DNA of 64,000 bases from an uncultured Acidobacteriota bacterium (GTDB lineage: Bacteria; Acidobacteriota; Thermoanaerobaculia; Multivoradales; UBA5704), in NCBI GenBank assembly GCA_963770895.1, contig CAVYRF010000001.1:1248001-1312000 (forward strand), read 5' to 3'. The first letter of the stretch is position 1. Each line of letters begins with the position of its first letter. Under the pieces are notes generated by a model. It was not told the DNA's origin, did no database searches, and saw only the letters and a program-made list of their open reading frames with translations. This document shows, piece by piece, positions 1 through 9,509 of the stretch. The translations under genes and the position numbers were made by a program.

Positions 1-217
1 GCAGTTGCAGAGCGAGGCTCTTCCTCTCCTGAGTGCTGCCGACGTGAAACATCTGCTCGTTCGGCTCTTACCCCGGCGGGACCTCGACATCGAGGAGTCG
101 ATCCGTCAGGTGCAGAGCCGGCACCGCCAACGTCAAGCCGCTATCGACTCTGCTTCTCGCCGACAGCAAGAATCCAGGGCCTCTACCTCGTCGACGAATC
201 TGACAAAGTAGAGTTAA
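1..217 (+). mobile_element. 3' end of an IS701-family-like transposase and right end of the element (cut by window edge)
   Basis: ORF 5..211 ends ...RHRQRQAAIDS...NLTK* with the stop inside CTGACAAAGTAGAGTTAA, a layout I associate with IS701-family ends; abuts a broken TPR gene. Confidence 0.6.
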
Positions 218-373
218 GCAGAGGTCCAGCAGAGCCGCATCGATCGTGCCTCTGCCGTTGGAAAGGTCCAACATTCCGCGGTAGGCGCTCAGCGCCTCTT
301 CGATCTGGCCGGACGCGAGCTGCGCGAGTGCGAGACTCCGCCAAGCCATCACCAGGCGTGGTGTTTTTGTCAA
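218..373 (-). pseudogene. TPR-repeat gene fragment interrupted by the IS
   Basis: AWRSLALAQLASGQIEEALSAYRGML is a TPR-like helix pair; the frame runs into the IS end. Confidence 0.5.
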
Positions 374-443
374 GAGGCCCTACGCGATGCTAATTCCACG
401 CTGGAGGTAGGCAAGGGCAGCGGTTTGCGGTGGAACATGGGCG

Positions 444-870
444 TTACCTTTCCGGCGCCTCCGGCCCCAGGACGAGCGCGATGGCCCTGGTCAGCCGTTG
501 CCATTTGCTGGTCTCGACGACCAGCTGTGTCCGGCCGGCGGCGGTCAAGGCGTAGAAGCGCGCCTTGCGGTTGCTGTCGGAGGTGCCCCAGCGGGCGGAG
601 ATCCAACCTCTCTCCTCTTCAAACGCTGCCAGCGCCGCCTGCGGCTCGCCCAAGCCAGCGTACGCACCCCCCAGCTGCGTCAGGTTCGCCAGCATCGCTG
701 CCGGGTCTTCGCGCTCCCGGTCGATGGCCAATGCCGCGCGCAGTTCGCTCAACGCCTCGGCCGCGCTGCCTAGGGATAGCTTGCATTGCGCGATGCCCCT
801 GCGTCAGATCGCCTCCTCCCGCCGCAGCTTCTGCCGCTGCGCCATGTTGATTGCATCCACAAAATAAACG
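444..870 (-). pseudogene. Chimeric remnant: TPR fragment (in-frame TGA at 804-806) fused to the C-terminal half of an acidobacterial PadR-family regulator
   Basis: YFVDAINMAQ...[29 protein letters not shown] (TPR-like) continues in frame into [32 protein letters not shown]...W (PadR wing and C-terminal helix). Confidence 0.65.
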
Positions 871-1163
871 CACGGCTTCCGCCGGCTGACCCTGGTCCTG
901 ATAGGTGCCTGCAATGCTGCCGAGGGCGACGGCTTCATCCCGAGAGTTGTGGGGGCGGTGCGCCTTCTCAAGTGCGCTCCGGAAGCTCCATCGCTTCGTC
1001 CAGCTCCCCGGCTGCCCTGTGGGCCAGGCCGAGGTTGCTGATATTGTCTTGGCTCGCAGATCAAGTGGACCCGGGAGGTCGGATTTTGTGAGACTCCAGT
1101 CCGCCGGCCGTCAGGCCGGGCAGGCCTCGGGTAGGAGCTGCCCTGCCTGGAGCCTTTTCGCCA

Positions 1164-1490
1164 TTACTTTTTCAAGATGTCCGTCTTTTCTTTGACCCGA
1201 GCCAGTTCCCGCTGCAACCGGCGAAACTGCTCCTCATCCGATTTCAGGTTCCCCTTCCCCGGAAACGCCTCAACCGGGTCTTGCTCCAGCTGGCGCATCC
1301 AGCGGCGGAGCATCTCAGGCCGGACGTCGAGATCCCGAGCGGCAGTTGCCATCCCTCGCTCCCCAGACGCCACCAACCGACCGCCTCTAACTTGAACTCC
1401 CGACTGAATTTCCGTCTCGTCTTTGCCATCGCGCACCCTCTCGCCCGTTATGCGGGTTTTCGAGGTGTCCGCTAATCCGGGGCAAGGCCA
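1164..1490 (-). mobile_element. IS3-family remnant: left IR plus frameshifted OrfA, OrfB missing
   Basis: Minus strand starts TGGCCTTGCCCCGGATTAGCGGACACC (IS3-like IRL); MAKTRRKFSREFKLEAV, frameshift, then AARDLDV...LRRW...AFPGKG...RRLQRELARVKEKTDILKK. Confidence 0.8.
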
Positions 1491-1583
1491 CCCATACCTG
1501 ATCCCCGTTCCTTACGGTCCTACACAAAGCCGTCCGCGCCGTGTCTTACCGGTTGAGCCGCGGGCCGTGCCGCAGGGGGAACG

Positions 1584-2951
1584 ATGAACCAGCGCTATGT
1601 GGACTTTTCCTTGGGGATCGAGGGTGCGGATGGAGGCGGTTATCGGGTGCGAGGGTTTTCTCCCGACGCAGAAGCCGAAGGTGTCACCCGGCTCGACTTC
1701 GACCTGGATGCGCTGAGCCGCAGGCTGCGGTCCAGGGTGTCGTCGAGCGATCGGCCCCCATCGCAGGCGCTTGACGTTGCCCATGCAGCCGGCGCCCCGG
1801 CGCCAGGAAGGGAGCTGGCGGAGATTGGCAGCGGGCTGTTCGACGCACTGTTGCCCGGCGAAGTGCGGGATCTGTACGGCACGGCCTGGAGTGGCGCCAG
1901 GGCGGCGGGCCGCGGTCTGCGCATCCGCCTGCATCTGCGCCCGCGCACGCCCGAGCTTGCGTGGCTGACGAAGATTCCGTGGGAAGTCCTCTACGACGAA
2001 AGGGCCGGCAGTTTTCCGTGCCTCAACCCGCTAAGTCCGCTGGTTCGCCATCTCGACCTGCCGCGGGCCGCGGATCGGGCGCCGTTGCAGCTGCCGCTGC
2101 GGGTGCTGGTGGTGGCGGCGAATCCCGCCGGCACGGCCGAGCTCGACCTGGAGGGCGAGCTGGAATCGCTCCAGGCATTACCGCAGGTCCGCGCCAAGGT
2201 GCTGGAGGGTGCGGGTCCCGAAGACCTGCGGCTGGAGCTCCTGCGCGGCGGCTACCAGGTCGTTCACTTCATGGGTCACGGCTTGAGCGATGCGTCCCAG
2301 GGAAGTCTGGTCTTCGCGACTCCGGCGGGGCGCGCGCGGCCGGTCACCGGCAGCGCCCTGTCGCAGCTGTTCCAGGGAGCTCCCGCCCTCGCGTTCACGC
2401 TGCTCAACGCCTGTCACTCCGCCGCCGTGCCGAAGGGCAGCTCCGAACGCTCCGCGGCGGACCCGCTCGCGGGAGTTGCCGGCGCGCTGGTGCGCGGCGG
2501 CCAGGCGGCTGTCGTCGGCATGCAGCTGGCGATCCGGGATCGCGCGGCGCTGGTCTTCAGCAAAGTCCTCTATGCGCAGCTCGCCGACGGCAAGCCCATC
2601 GAGGCTGCCGTCGCCGAAGCCCGGCTGGCGCTCTACCTGCGCGATACGAGCGTCAGCGATTGGGTCGCGCCGGTGCTTTTCCTGCGCGGCGCGGACCGGC
2701 GCGTCGAGGAGTCAGCGGGAAACGATCAGCAGCCGGGCCAGGGCGAAAGGGACCGCATCTGGACAACTTACAGATCCGACCAGATCGAAGGCGGAGAACT
2801 CGTGTTTCGGGGAGCGTTCGACGCCGGAACATCGCCGGATCGATCCAGGACCAGACCCCGCGATGTCCACGCGCTCGTGGAGACCAGGACAACGAAGGTC
2901 GACAAACTGATCATCACCGGCTCCGAACAGCAGGACCGCCGCGAGGACTGA
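1584..2951 (+). CDS. CHAT-domain (caspase-like) protease with short C-terminal tail
   Basis: IPWEVLYD, LRVLVVAANP, catalytic HFMGHG and LNACHS, VVGMQ, W-x-x-PVLF. Confidence 0.9.
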   Translation: MNQRYVDFSLGIEGADGGGYRVRGFSPDAEAEGVTRLDFDLDALSRRLRSRVSSSDRPPSQALDVAHAAGAPAPGRELAEIGSGLFDALLPGEVRDLYGTAWSGARAAGRGLRIRLHLRPRTPELAWLTKIPWEVLYDERAGSFPCLNPLSPLVRHLDLPRAADRAPLQLPLRVLVVAANPAGTAELDLEGELESLQALPQVRAKVLEGAGPEDLRLELLRGGYQVVHFMGHGLSDASQGSLVFATPAGRARPVTGSALSQLFQGAPALAFTLLNACHSAAVPKGSSERSAADPLAGVAGALVRGGQAAVVGMQLAIRDRAALVFSKVLYAQLADGKPIEAAVAEARLALYLRDTSVSDWVAPVLFLRGADRRVEESAGNDQQPGQGERDRIWTTYRSDQIEGGELVFRGAFDAGTSPDRSRTRPRDVHALVETRTTKVDKLIITGSEQQDRRED

Positions 2952-2952
2952 G

Positions 2953-4155
2953 ATGGCCGCGGCCCTGTGGCATGGCATCTGGTCCGACAACTCGCCGGCG
3001 GGCAAGTTGATCGTTCTGATCATTCTGGCGCTCCTGGCGTGGGCGTTGCGTTGCGGTTCCCGGCATCTCAAGCGGTACCGGCGCGAAGAGGACAACCTTT
3101 CGCGTGCGATCGCAAAGCTCCGGGAGACCACGGTGCGGCGGGTGCCGGCTGCGGATGCAAACCCGCAGCCAGGCGAAGCGATCGCGGACCAGGGCGCCGC
3201 CGGCGGCGCTGCCGGCGAAGGCAATGTGTCGCCCGCCGACCTCGCCGTCGTGCGGTCGGACCTGGCTGCGGAAAGCCTGATCGCCGAGCGCCTGGCGGCG
3301 ATCGAAAAGCTCCGCACCCGCCAGGTGCGAGTCAATCCCAACGCGCTCCAGCAGCTCAGCCTGGCGCGCGACCAGGCGCGGCCTGGCATGGCCGTGCCCG
3401 GAGCCGTCGCGGGGCTGGCGACGATGCTCGGTCTGCTCGGTACGTTCATCGGCCTGGCGGTCATGGTGCAGCAGATTCAGTTCGCCCTGCCGCAGAGCTC
3501 CGGCGCCGTCACGGCCAGCTCCTGGACGCAGTCGGTCGACAACATCTCCCGCATCCTGGGCGGTATCAAGACCGCCTTTTCGTGCTCCCTCGTGGGCATC
3601 GTCTGTTCGATCCTCGCCGCGGTGACCAACTTCCGTCTGCGGTCGGCCCAGGGCCTGTTCTTCGAGCGCCTGGAGCGCTTCACCACCGAGGAGCTGCTGC
3701 CCGCGGCGGTTCCCACGGTGGAAGACGAAAGCCTGCTGGACCGTGTTTCGTTGCAGCTGGAAAACTCGTTCGCCCGTCTTGACGACATCTACCGGCAGAA
3801 CCAGGACGCCTTGCAGGACATGACCGGCGCCCAGCGCGCCTTTGTCGACATCGTGGAGGAGATCCGCAAGATCACCCGCAGCGAAGCGTCCAGAAACCTG
3901 GAAGGGGTCCTCGAGCAGGTGTCCCAGACCAACCGTTCGGTGCTGACGGTGGCGGAACAGCTGCCGAAGGTCGTCAGCGCGATGGAAACGGGACAAAGGC
4001 GCCTGCTGGACCGGTTTTCCACCCTGGTTGCGAACGTTGCGTCCCTGTCCACCGTGCCACCGCCGCCGTCGCCGGGCCGGACGCAGTGGACGTGGCCCTC
4101 CGTCGTGGCGCTGGTCGTGGCCGGCATCCTGCTGCTGCTCTTCGTCCGCCGGTGA
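2953..4155 (+). CDS. MotA/TolQ/ExbB proton-channel family protein, ZorA-like, with helical tail and extra C-terminal TM
   Basis: N-terminal TM; GLLGTFIGL and GIKTAFSCSLVG TM motifs; about 110 aa helical tail; hydrophobic C-terminus. Confidence 0.8.
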   Translation: MAAALWHGIWSDNSPAGKLIVLIILALLAWALRCGSRHLKRYRREEDNLSRAIAKLRETTVRRVPAADANPQPGEAIADQGAAGGAAGEGNVSPADLAVVRSDLAAESLIAERLAAIEKLRTRQVRVNPNALQQLSLARDQARPGMAVPGAVAGLATMLGLLGTFIGLAVMVQQIQFALPQSSGAVTASSWTQSVDNISRILGGIKTAFSCSLVGIVCSILAAVTNFRLRSAQGLFFERLERFTTEELLPAAVPTVEDESLLDRVSLQLENSFARLDDIYRQNQDALQDMTGAQRAFVDIVEEIRKITRSEASRNLEGVLEQVSQTNRSVLTVAEQLPKVVSAMETGQRRLLDRFSTLVANVASLSTVPPPPSPGRTQWTWPSVVALVVAGILLLLFVRR

Positions 4156-4164
4156 GGTGTCGGC

Positions 4165-4836
4165 TTGGATCTGCAACAGCGGCGCTCGACGGTCGAAAGA
4201 CCCAGCATGCCGGTGCCGTGGCCGGCGATGCTCGACCTCATCACGTCCACCCTGATGGTGTTCATGCTCGTCACCACTCTCGGCACGGTGTTTGCCAGCG
4301 ACGACATGGAAGCGGCGCTGATGCGCGCCAGGCAGGCGAAGTTCCTGGAGGATTTTCAGCAGGAGTTCGCGGCCGAGATCGGCCGCAACGAGATCCGCGT
4401 CGAACGTCACCTCGACTTCGTGCAGATCCTCTTCAGCGACGGCGTGTTATTCCGCCTGGGCGACCACCACCTGGAGGCCGCGGGGCAGCGCCTGGTGGCC
4501 CGCTGCGCCCGCGTCTTCGCCCAGGCGGGAGCCAGCGGTTACGAGCAGATCCAGGTGGAAGGGCACACCGACAGCGTGCCGCTCGACCGCCCCTCCTATC
4601 CTTCCAACAATTGGGAGCTCTCGACGGCCCGCGCGCTCAGCGTCGTCGAATTTCTCGGCCGCGAGCAGCCCGCGTTCGCCGCGGTGCTCTCCGCGAACGG
4701 ATATGCCTCGAATCGACCGGTGGCGAGCAATCTCACGCAGGCCGGCCGCGATCTCAATCGGCGGATCGAAATCCGCCTGTTCTTTTCCGGCCCGCACCCG
4801 AGCGGGCGGCAATCCCATGCGGAGAGCCCGCGGTGA
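4165..4836 (+). CDS. MotB/OmpA-family peptidoglycan-binding membrane protein, ZorB-like
   Basis: TM WPAMLDLITSTLMVF with conserved Asp; OmpA-C motifs EGHTD, NWELSTARA, GY...P, NRRIEI. Confidence 0.88.
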   Translation: MDLQQRRSTVERPSMPVPWPAMLDLITSTLMVFMLVTTLGTVFASDDMEAALMRARQAKFLEDFQQEFAAEIGRNEIRVERHLDFVQILFSDGVLFRLGDHHLEAAGQRLVARCARVFAQAGASGYEQIQVEGHTDSVPLDRPSYPSNNWELSTARALSVVEFLGREQPAFAAVLSANGYASNRPVASNLTQAGRDLNRRIEIRLFFSGPHPSGRQSHAESPR

Positions 4837-5612
4837 GCCGGAGCGCCGCCTGGTTTCTGCGTCGCTATCGCGATGGCAACCTCTCCAGCTCGCGCATGCG
4901 TCAGCTCCTGGAGCGGGAGCTCGAGCGCCTGGTCGCCGGCCACAGCGCCCTGCAGTCCGAGATGGACGAGCTCCGCCGCGCGGCTGCGGATCGCCTGGCC
5001 GGCTTCGACACCGCCTCGGACCTGGCCTTGCGCCGGTTGGGCCAGGATCGCTTCGACCTGGCGCTGCCGGCGATCGAAAGCGCCGCCCGGGACCTGCAGG
5101 AGCTGCGCCGCTGCGTGGCGGTGGCCGTCGATTGGCGACGGACCAGCAGCGCCTTGACCGGCGTCGAAAAGCTTTTGTCTCCGGGCCTGGAGTCACAGGC
5201 CACGCCGCGGGTGCTGCGGCGCCTGCGCGACCTGGCGCGCACGCTCCTCGACGACGGCGAAGCGCGGAAAGCGCGGTTCGTGGTTTTGCTGCTCGCCGAT
5301 CAAATCCGTCTGCTCACGACGCGCGGTCGGGGAGACGTGCCGGCTGTCTGCCAGCGATGGATCGACGATCTCGCGACGCAAGATCCGATGGCGGCGGCGC
5401 AGATCAGCAAGCTGGCGCACGAAGGCTTTCACACCCTGGCGGAGCGGCTCGCGGACGATCTACTGGCGGCGCTCGCGGCCGGCGATCGCGCGCGGCGAGC
5501 GTCCGCGGCGGGAGGCTCGCTCGGTCCGATCGCGCGAGACCTCGCCGCCGTGCGACGCCAGGCGAGCGTGGTCCACAGTGCATTGGCGCGGTGGCTCGAA
5601 ACCACCGCTTGA
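4833..5612 (+). CDS. Hypothetical alpha-helical protein in the ZorAB-like operon
   Basis: GTG start overlaps the upstream TGA (GTGA at 4833-4836); Leu/Arg/Ala-rich helical sequence. Confidence 0.7.
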   Translation: MSRSAAWFLRRYRDGNLSSSRMRQLLERELERLVAGHSALQSEMDELRRAAADRLAGFDTASDLALRRLGQDRFDLALPAIESAARDLQELRRCVAVAVDWRRTSSALTGVEKLLSPGLESQATPRVLRRLRDLARTLLDDGEARKARFVVLLLADQIRLLTTRGRGDVPAVCQRWIDDLATQDPMAAAQISKLAHEGFHTLAERLADDLLAALAAGDRARRASAAGGSLGPIARDLAAVRRQASVVHSALARWLETTA

Positions 5613-5630
5613 TCCAGACGGAGGGCGGCG

Positions 5631-6896
5631 ATGCCTCAAACGTTGACGGAAGAGAGTACGGTTGCCTGGAGAGTTCAAGGCACCGGTCCCGATCCGGCGC
5701 GCTTCCTGGTGATCTTCAAGAAGCTCGGCGCGGGAAAGGTCCTGCACGCGACTCTTCGCCCCGGTGAGGTGTTCCGGCGGCCGGTCTGGACTTCCGCCGA
5801 CTCTTTCGAAACCTACGCCGTGTCGGCGGACCCCAACCTGCGCCACGAGTTTCACCGCAAATACCTGTCGAGCGAGCAGACCTGGACGTTCACCCTGCAC
5901 TACAAGGTTCACTTCCGGATCGGCGACGCCGCGCGCCTGGGATTGTGCCTGTCCACCAGCGATCCGCTCGAAAGGCTGGAGGGTGAGATATCCAACCTGC
6001 TGGGCGCCACGGCGCGCCGTTACTCCTGGGCGGCGATGAAGCGCGAAGGTGAGGATTTCGGGCTGCGACTGCGCGAGGCGGAGACGACGGACGGCCTGGG
6101 GGAAGCGAAAACCAACTTCCGGCGCCTGCAGGATTTTGCCGGCACCCTGGGATTCGAGCTGCGACACCTCGACGTTCTCCGCTCGTTGACCGAGCCCGAC
6201 CTGGAGGACGAAACGACCAAGCGAACCAACCTGCGTCGCGGTGAGATCGCGCGCAGCAACCACCAGGCGGAGATGGAGGAGGAGCAGCGCAGTCACGAGC
6301 GCCAGTCGCAGCGAGACCAGCACAAGATCGAGCGGGACACCGCCATCGCCAGGTCCTCCCAAGCCTTGCAGGGGCTGGGGCGGCTGCGCCTGGTCCTGGA
6401 CACCATCGCGCGGGAAAGCAGCATCGTCATCGGGCAGGCGGCCAGCGGCGTGCACTCGTTCCCGGCGATCCAGGACGCTCTGCGCGAAGTGCAGGAGATT
6501 CAGCAGACCCTGACGGCGATGTCCGGAAACGCCGGCCCCGCCTTGATTTCGGCTGCCGCAAGCGATGCCGCCGACGGTGCCTCCGGCGCAGGCACGGTGC
6601 AGCTCAACGGGCGCCGGCCCTTGCCGCTGGAAGCCGTCGTTGCCGACGCGTGCCGCCACCTGCGCGTCCTGGACCAGAACCCGCAGGACCAGAACCGCAT
6701 CCTCGCCTCGGTGCTGCACCTGATCGCGGAGGCCGGATTGGGGGCGGAGGCCGACCAGGAGTTCCTGACCGGGCTGCAAGACGACCTCGAAGCACGGCTG
6801 GAACCCGTGCGCTCGGCACTCCCCGCGGAGACGATTCAATTCCTGGAGTCGATCCTGGTGCTCGATCGTCTCCGCGACCGGCTGTCGCAGCCCTGA
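5631..6896 (+). CDS. SPFH/band-7-like domain plus coiled-coil protein (tentative)
   Basis: RBS GGAGG; FTLHYKVHFRIGD...LE...ATARRY...GFELRHLDV resembles an SPFH core; charged coiled coil follows. Confidence 0.55.
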   Translation: MPQTLTEESTVAWRVQGTGPDPARFLVIFKKLGAGKVLHATLRPGEVFRRPVWTSADSFETYAVSADPNLRHEFHRKYLSSEQTWTFTLHYKVHFRIGDAARLGLCLSTSDPLERLEGEISNLLGATARRYSWAAMKREGEDFGLRLREAETTDGLGEAKTNFRRLQDFAGTLGFELRHLDVLRSLTEPDLEDETTKRTNLRRGEIARSNHQAEMEEEQRSHERQSQRDQHKIERDTAIARSSQALQGLGRLRLVLDTIARESSIVIGQAASGVHSFPAIQDALREVQEIQQTLTAMSGNAGPALISAAASDAADGASGAGTVQLNGRRPLPLEAVVADACRHLRVLDQNPQDQNRILASVLHLIAEAGLGAEADQEFLTGLQDDLEARLEPVRSALPAETIQFLESILVLDRLRDRLSQP

Positions 6897-6903
6897 GCGC
6901 GTC

Positions 6904-9435
6904 ATGGACGACCCCCTGCACGACGCGCTGCCGGAACTGTCCCCGCCCCCGGCCCCGCTGCCGTTGGCGTCGCCGTCGCCGAAAGACGGGCAGCAGGCGC
7001 CGGCCGGCCAGGGTCCGGCGACGGCCGCGGACTCCTTGGCCGAGGATGGCCATCCCCGATCGCCGGCGGGGAAGGATGACCTGGGCGACGCCAATGCCTT
7101 CTCGTACACCTCGGCAGCCATCACCTCGGGCATTGTCTCGGCGGGTCACATCGAGATAGCGGGGCAGGTGTTCAAGCAGCAGTTCCATATCACCGCCGGC
7201 GCGGGCCGCATCCAGCCGGTCCCGCTGTCGACGCGACACTTCACCGCCCGCACCTCCCAGGAGCTGGAGCGCGGTGAAGAAGAGCTGATCTTCGATCCCC
7301 TGCAGGTCGGCGAGCTGAGCGCCGCGTTCGAGCAGACGCGGATCCTGATCCTCGCCGGCGAGCCCGAGGTGGGAAAGGGGACCCTGGGCCTGCAACTCGG
7401 TGCGCGGTTCAGCCGGTCGCTTGGGCTGCGGGGCATGCTCGCCTGCCAGAGGCTCGCCTCCGGCGTCCAGGTCGATCTCGAAAGAGTTGCGGACGACGCC
7501 ACCTTCGGTCACCACGTGGTGCTGTTCGAGGACGCCCTCGCGGGCGACAACTCCGATCTCAGGGCCTTTTTCAAGACCATCGATTCCCTGCGCCTGACGA
7601 CCCTCAAGGAGAGGCTCCGCAAGAGCGCCTCCGCCCTGCTCCTGACCGTCTCCTCGGCGGCGGTCGCCGAGTTCGAGCGACGCCTCGCAGGCCTGGGCAT
7701 TCTCTACCCGGTCGCCCCTCCGGCGCCGGAGCTGCTGGTCCAGGCGCTGCATCGCTTTGCGACCAACCTGGCGCAGCAGGGACCGACCAAGGCGGCGGCA
7801 CTGTCTTTTCTTGCCGCCCACGCGATGGAAGCGGCGCACGAACTGCGGACGGTGCCGCGGGCAGCTCGCTTTGTCCATGAGTACCTGGTGGACGTCGTCG
7901 AAGCCAGGGTGCCTCTCCGGCACGCTCTGGGTCGCATGGACGACCTGTCGCAGTGGTTGACCGCCGACCTGGCGGACGACCTGGACGCCCAGGCGGCCGC
8001 GCTCACCATCGTCCTCGGCTCGGCCGTGCCGCCAGCCGCCGGCGTGCCCTGGCTCGCGTACGACCAGCTGCGCCGCCGGATCACCGAGCTGCTGCGCCAG
8101 GAGCTGCGGCTTGCCGCGGACCAGCCGTCGTCGCCGCGCGAGCTTGGGCATGCCTTTCTCGACCGTGCACGTGCCACGGTCGCGGCGATGCCCGCGCCGC
8201 TGTCTCCGCTCGTCCGTTTCCGCGACGAACGCGATCCCGAGCGTCTCTGGCAAGCCCTGGTCGGGCCGGCCCGAGAGCTGGCAACGCGACTCCTGCCGCT
8301 GCTCCGCGAGCTGGCGGAGGGACCCGATGCGGAGCTGCGCGAGATCGCCGCGACGGCCCTGGGGCGGCTCGGCCTGCTCGGCCCGGCCGACCTGGCGGTG
8401 CCGCTCCTCCGGGACTGGCTCGGCACGGAACGGCAAGAGCAGCTGGGCCTTTTCCTTCTCGGCAGCGCCAACAGCGGGGAGGAAACCTACCGGGACCTCT
8501 GCCTGACCACTCTGCGCCAGCGGGCGCGCGAAGGCGGTGCCGACCAGGAGGTGGTCGCGGTGCGCTGTCTCGGCTCGCTGGGGCTGCCGGATCCGGCGGT
8601 GCCGATCGGCGAGCTCTGCATGTTTGCCCAGGAGCGCCTGCCGATCCAATTCGACCTGTTGCGCCAGGTCGAAGCGGAAATTGCCCAGAAGGCGCGAACC
8701 ATCCGCCGCCGCATCGCCCCGCACCAGGTCAGCGCGATGATGCGGGACCTGCACGAGACGGCGCACGGCCTGCTGATGGCGATCCTGGTGCCGCAAGACC
8801 GCATCCGCCTGGTGGCCGCGGTGCAATACGCCTTGGTTGGAGTCCTGCTGTCGCAAGGCGGCGATCCCGGCCCCGTCCTGCGCCAGGTGCTCACCAGGAT
8901 GGCAGCGGACAAGGGCAACCTCGCCCCGCTTCTGGCATGCATCTTCCTGCACAGGCACGGGGTCTTCGATCTCCTGGACCGCTACAAATGGACTTCCGGC
9001 GCCTGGAGCGACGAGACCAGCCGCTTTCTCCTGGCATCCAGGCCGGGCGAGCGGGACCCCCAGGCGCTCCGCGAGCTGCTGGAAGCGATTTTCTCCGCCC
9101 TGACGTCGTTCCCCGGGCTTTTCCGCTTTCTGCTCGAGCAGCGGTTCCTCGAGCTCCTCAAGGCCTGGAGCCGCGACGGCTGCGCGGCGCCCGGCCTGCG
9201 GCCCACCGTCCTGCGGCTGCTGGCGGCGCTGCGGGCCGCCCCGGACGTGGATCTGCGCCGCGCCATGGAACACTTTCTGATCGCCGATCCCGATCTCGTC
9301 GAACGCGGGTCGCGGCTCCGTGCTCTCGCCCAGGACGTGCGCGACGGCAAGGATCTGGACGCCGCTCCCGTTGCCCTGCCGCGGCCGCGCCGCCTGCCGT
9401 CCTGGCTGGGAAAGCGGCAGGCAGCGGGCGAGTAG
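6904..9435 (+). CDS. STAND-like P-loop NTPase with C-terminal HEAT/ARM-like repeats
   Basis: Walker A LILAGEPEVGKGT, Walker B-like VVLFED, HEAT-like LLPLLRELAEGPDAELREIAATALGRLG. Confidence 0.7.
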   Translation: MDDPLHDALPELSPPPAPLPLASPSPKDGQQAPAGQGPATAADSLAEDGHPRSPAGKDDLGDANAFSYTSAAITSGIVSAGHIEIAGQVFKQQFHITAGAGRIQPVPLSTRHFTARTSQELERGEEELIFDPLQVGELSAAFEQTRILILAGEPEVGKGTLGLQLGARFSRSLGLRGMLACQRLASGVQVDLERVADDATFGHHVVLFEDALAGDNSDLRAFFKTIDSLRLTTLKERLRKSASALLLTVSSAAVAEFERRLAGLGILYPVAPPAPELLVQALHRFATNLAQQGPTKAAALSFLAAHAMEAAHELRTVPRAARFVHEYLVDVVEARVPLRHALGRMDDLSQWLTADLADDLDAQAAALTIVLGSAVPPAAGVPWLAYDQLRRRITELLRQELRLAADQPSSPRELGHAFLDRARATVAAMPAPLSPLVRFRDERDPERLWQALVGPARELATRLLPLLRELAEGPDAELREIAATALGRLGLLGPADLAVPLLRDWLGTERQEQLGLFLLGSANSGEETYRDLCLTTLRQRAREGGADQEVVAVRCLGSLGLPDPAVPIGELCMFAQERLPIQFDLLRQVEAEIAQKARTIRRRIAPHQVSAMMRDLHETAHGLLMAILVPQDRIRLVAAVQYALVGVLLSQGGDPGPVLRQVLTRMAADKGNLAPLLACIFLHRHGVFDLLDRYKWTSGAWSDETSRFLLASRPGERDPQALRELLEAIFSALTSFPGLFRFLLEQRFLELLKAWSRDGCAAPGLRPTVLRLLAALRAAPDVDLRRAMEHFLIADPDLVERGSRLRALAQDVRDGKDLDAAPVALPRPRRLPSWLGKRQAAGE

Positions 9436-9509
9436 CCGGCGACCCTACACATTTTCAGCAGGTCCGTGTCTTATGCGCTGGGGAACGCTTAGGGCAAGGA
9501 GGCTCTGCA

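Noticed and set aside
804-806. In-frame TGA as selenocysteine or readthrough
   Set aside because: Lies in TPR debris with no redox motif; a nonsense mutation is simpler.
2953-4836. Flagellar motAB or exbBD/tolQR annotation
   Set aside because: No flagellar or TonB/Tol genes nearby; the B subunit has an OmpA domain (not ExbD/TolR) and the A subunit has a long tail; island context fits a ZorAB-like role better.
4909-4919. 11-nt match (TGGAGCGGGAG) to the tRNA-Gly 3' end as a second att site
   Set aside because: Short, inside an intact gene of a coupled operon, expected by chance in GC-rich DNA.
7953-9509. N-terminal extension of the 1151-aa ORF
   Set aside because: Overlaps the STAND gene in another frame and is Arg/Pro/Gly junk; the real start is ATG 9510 with an SD.
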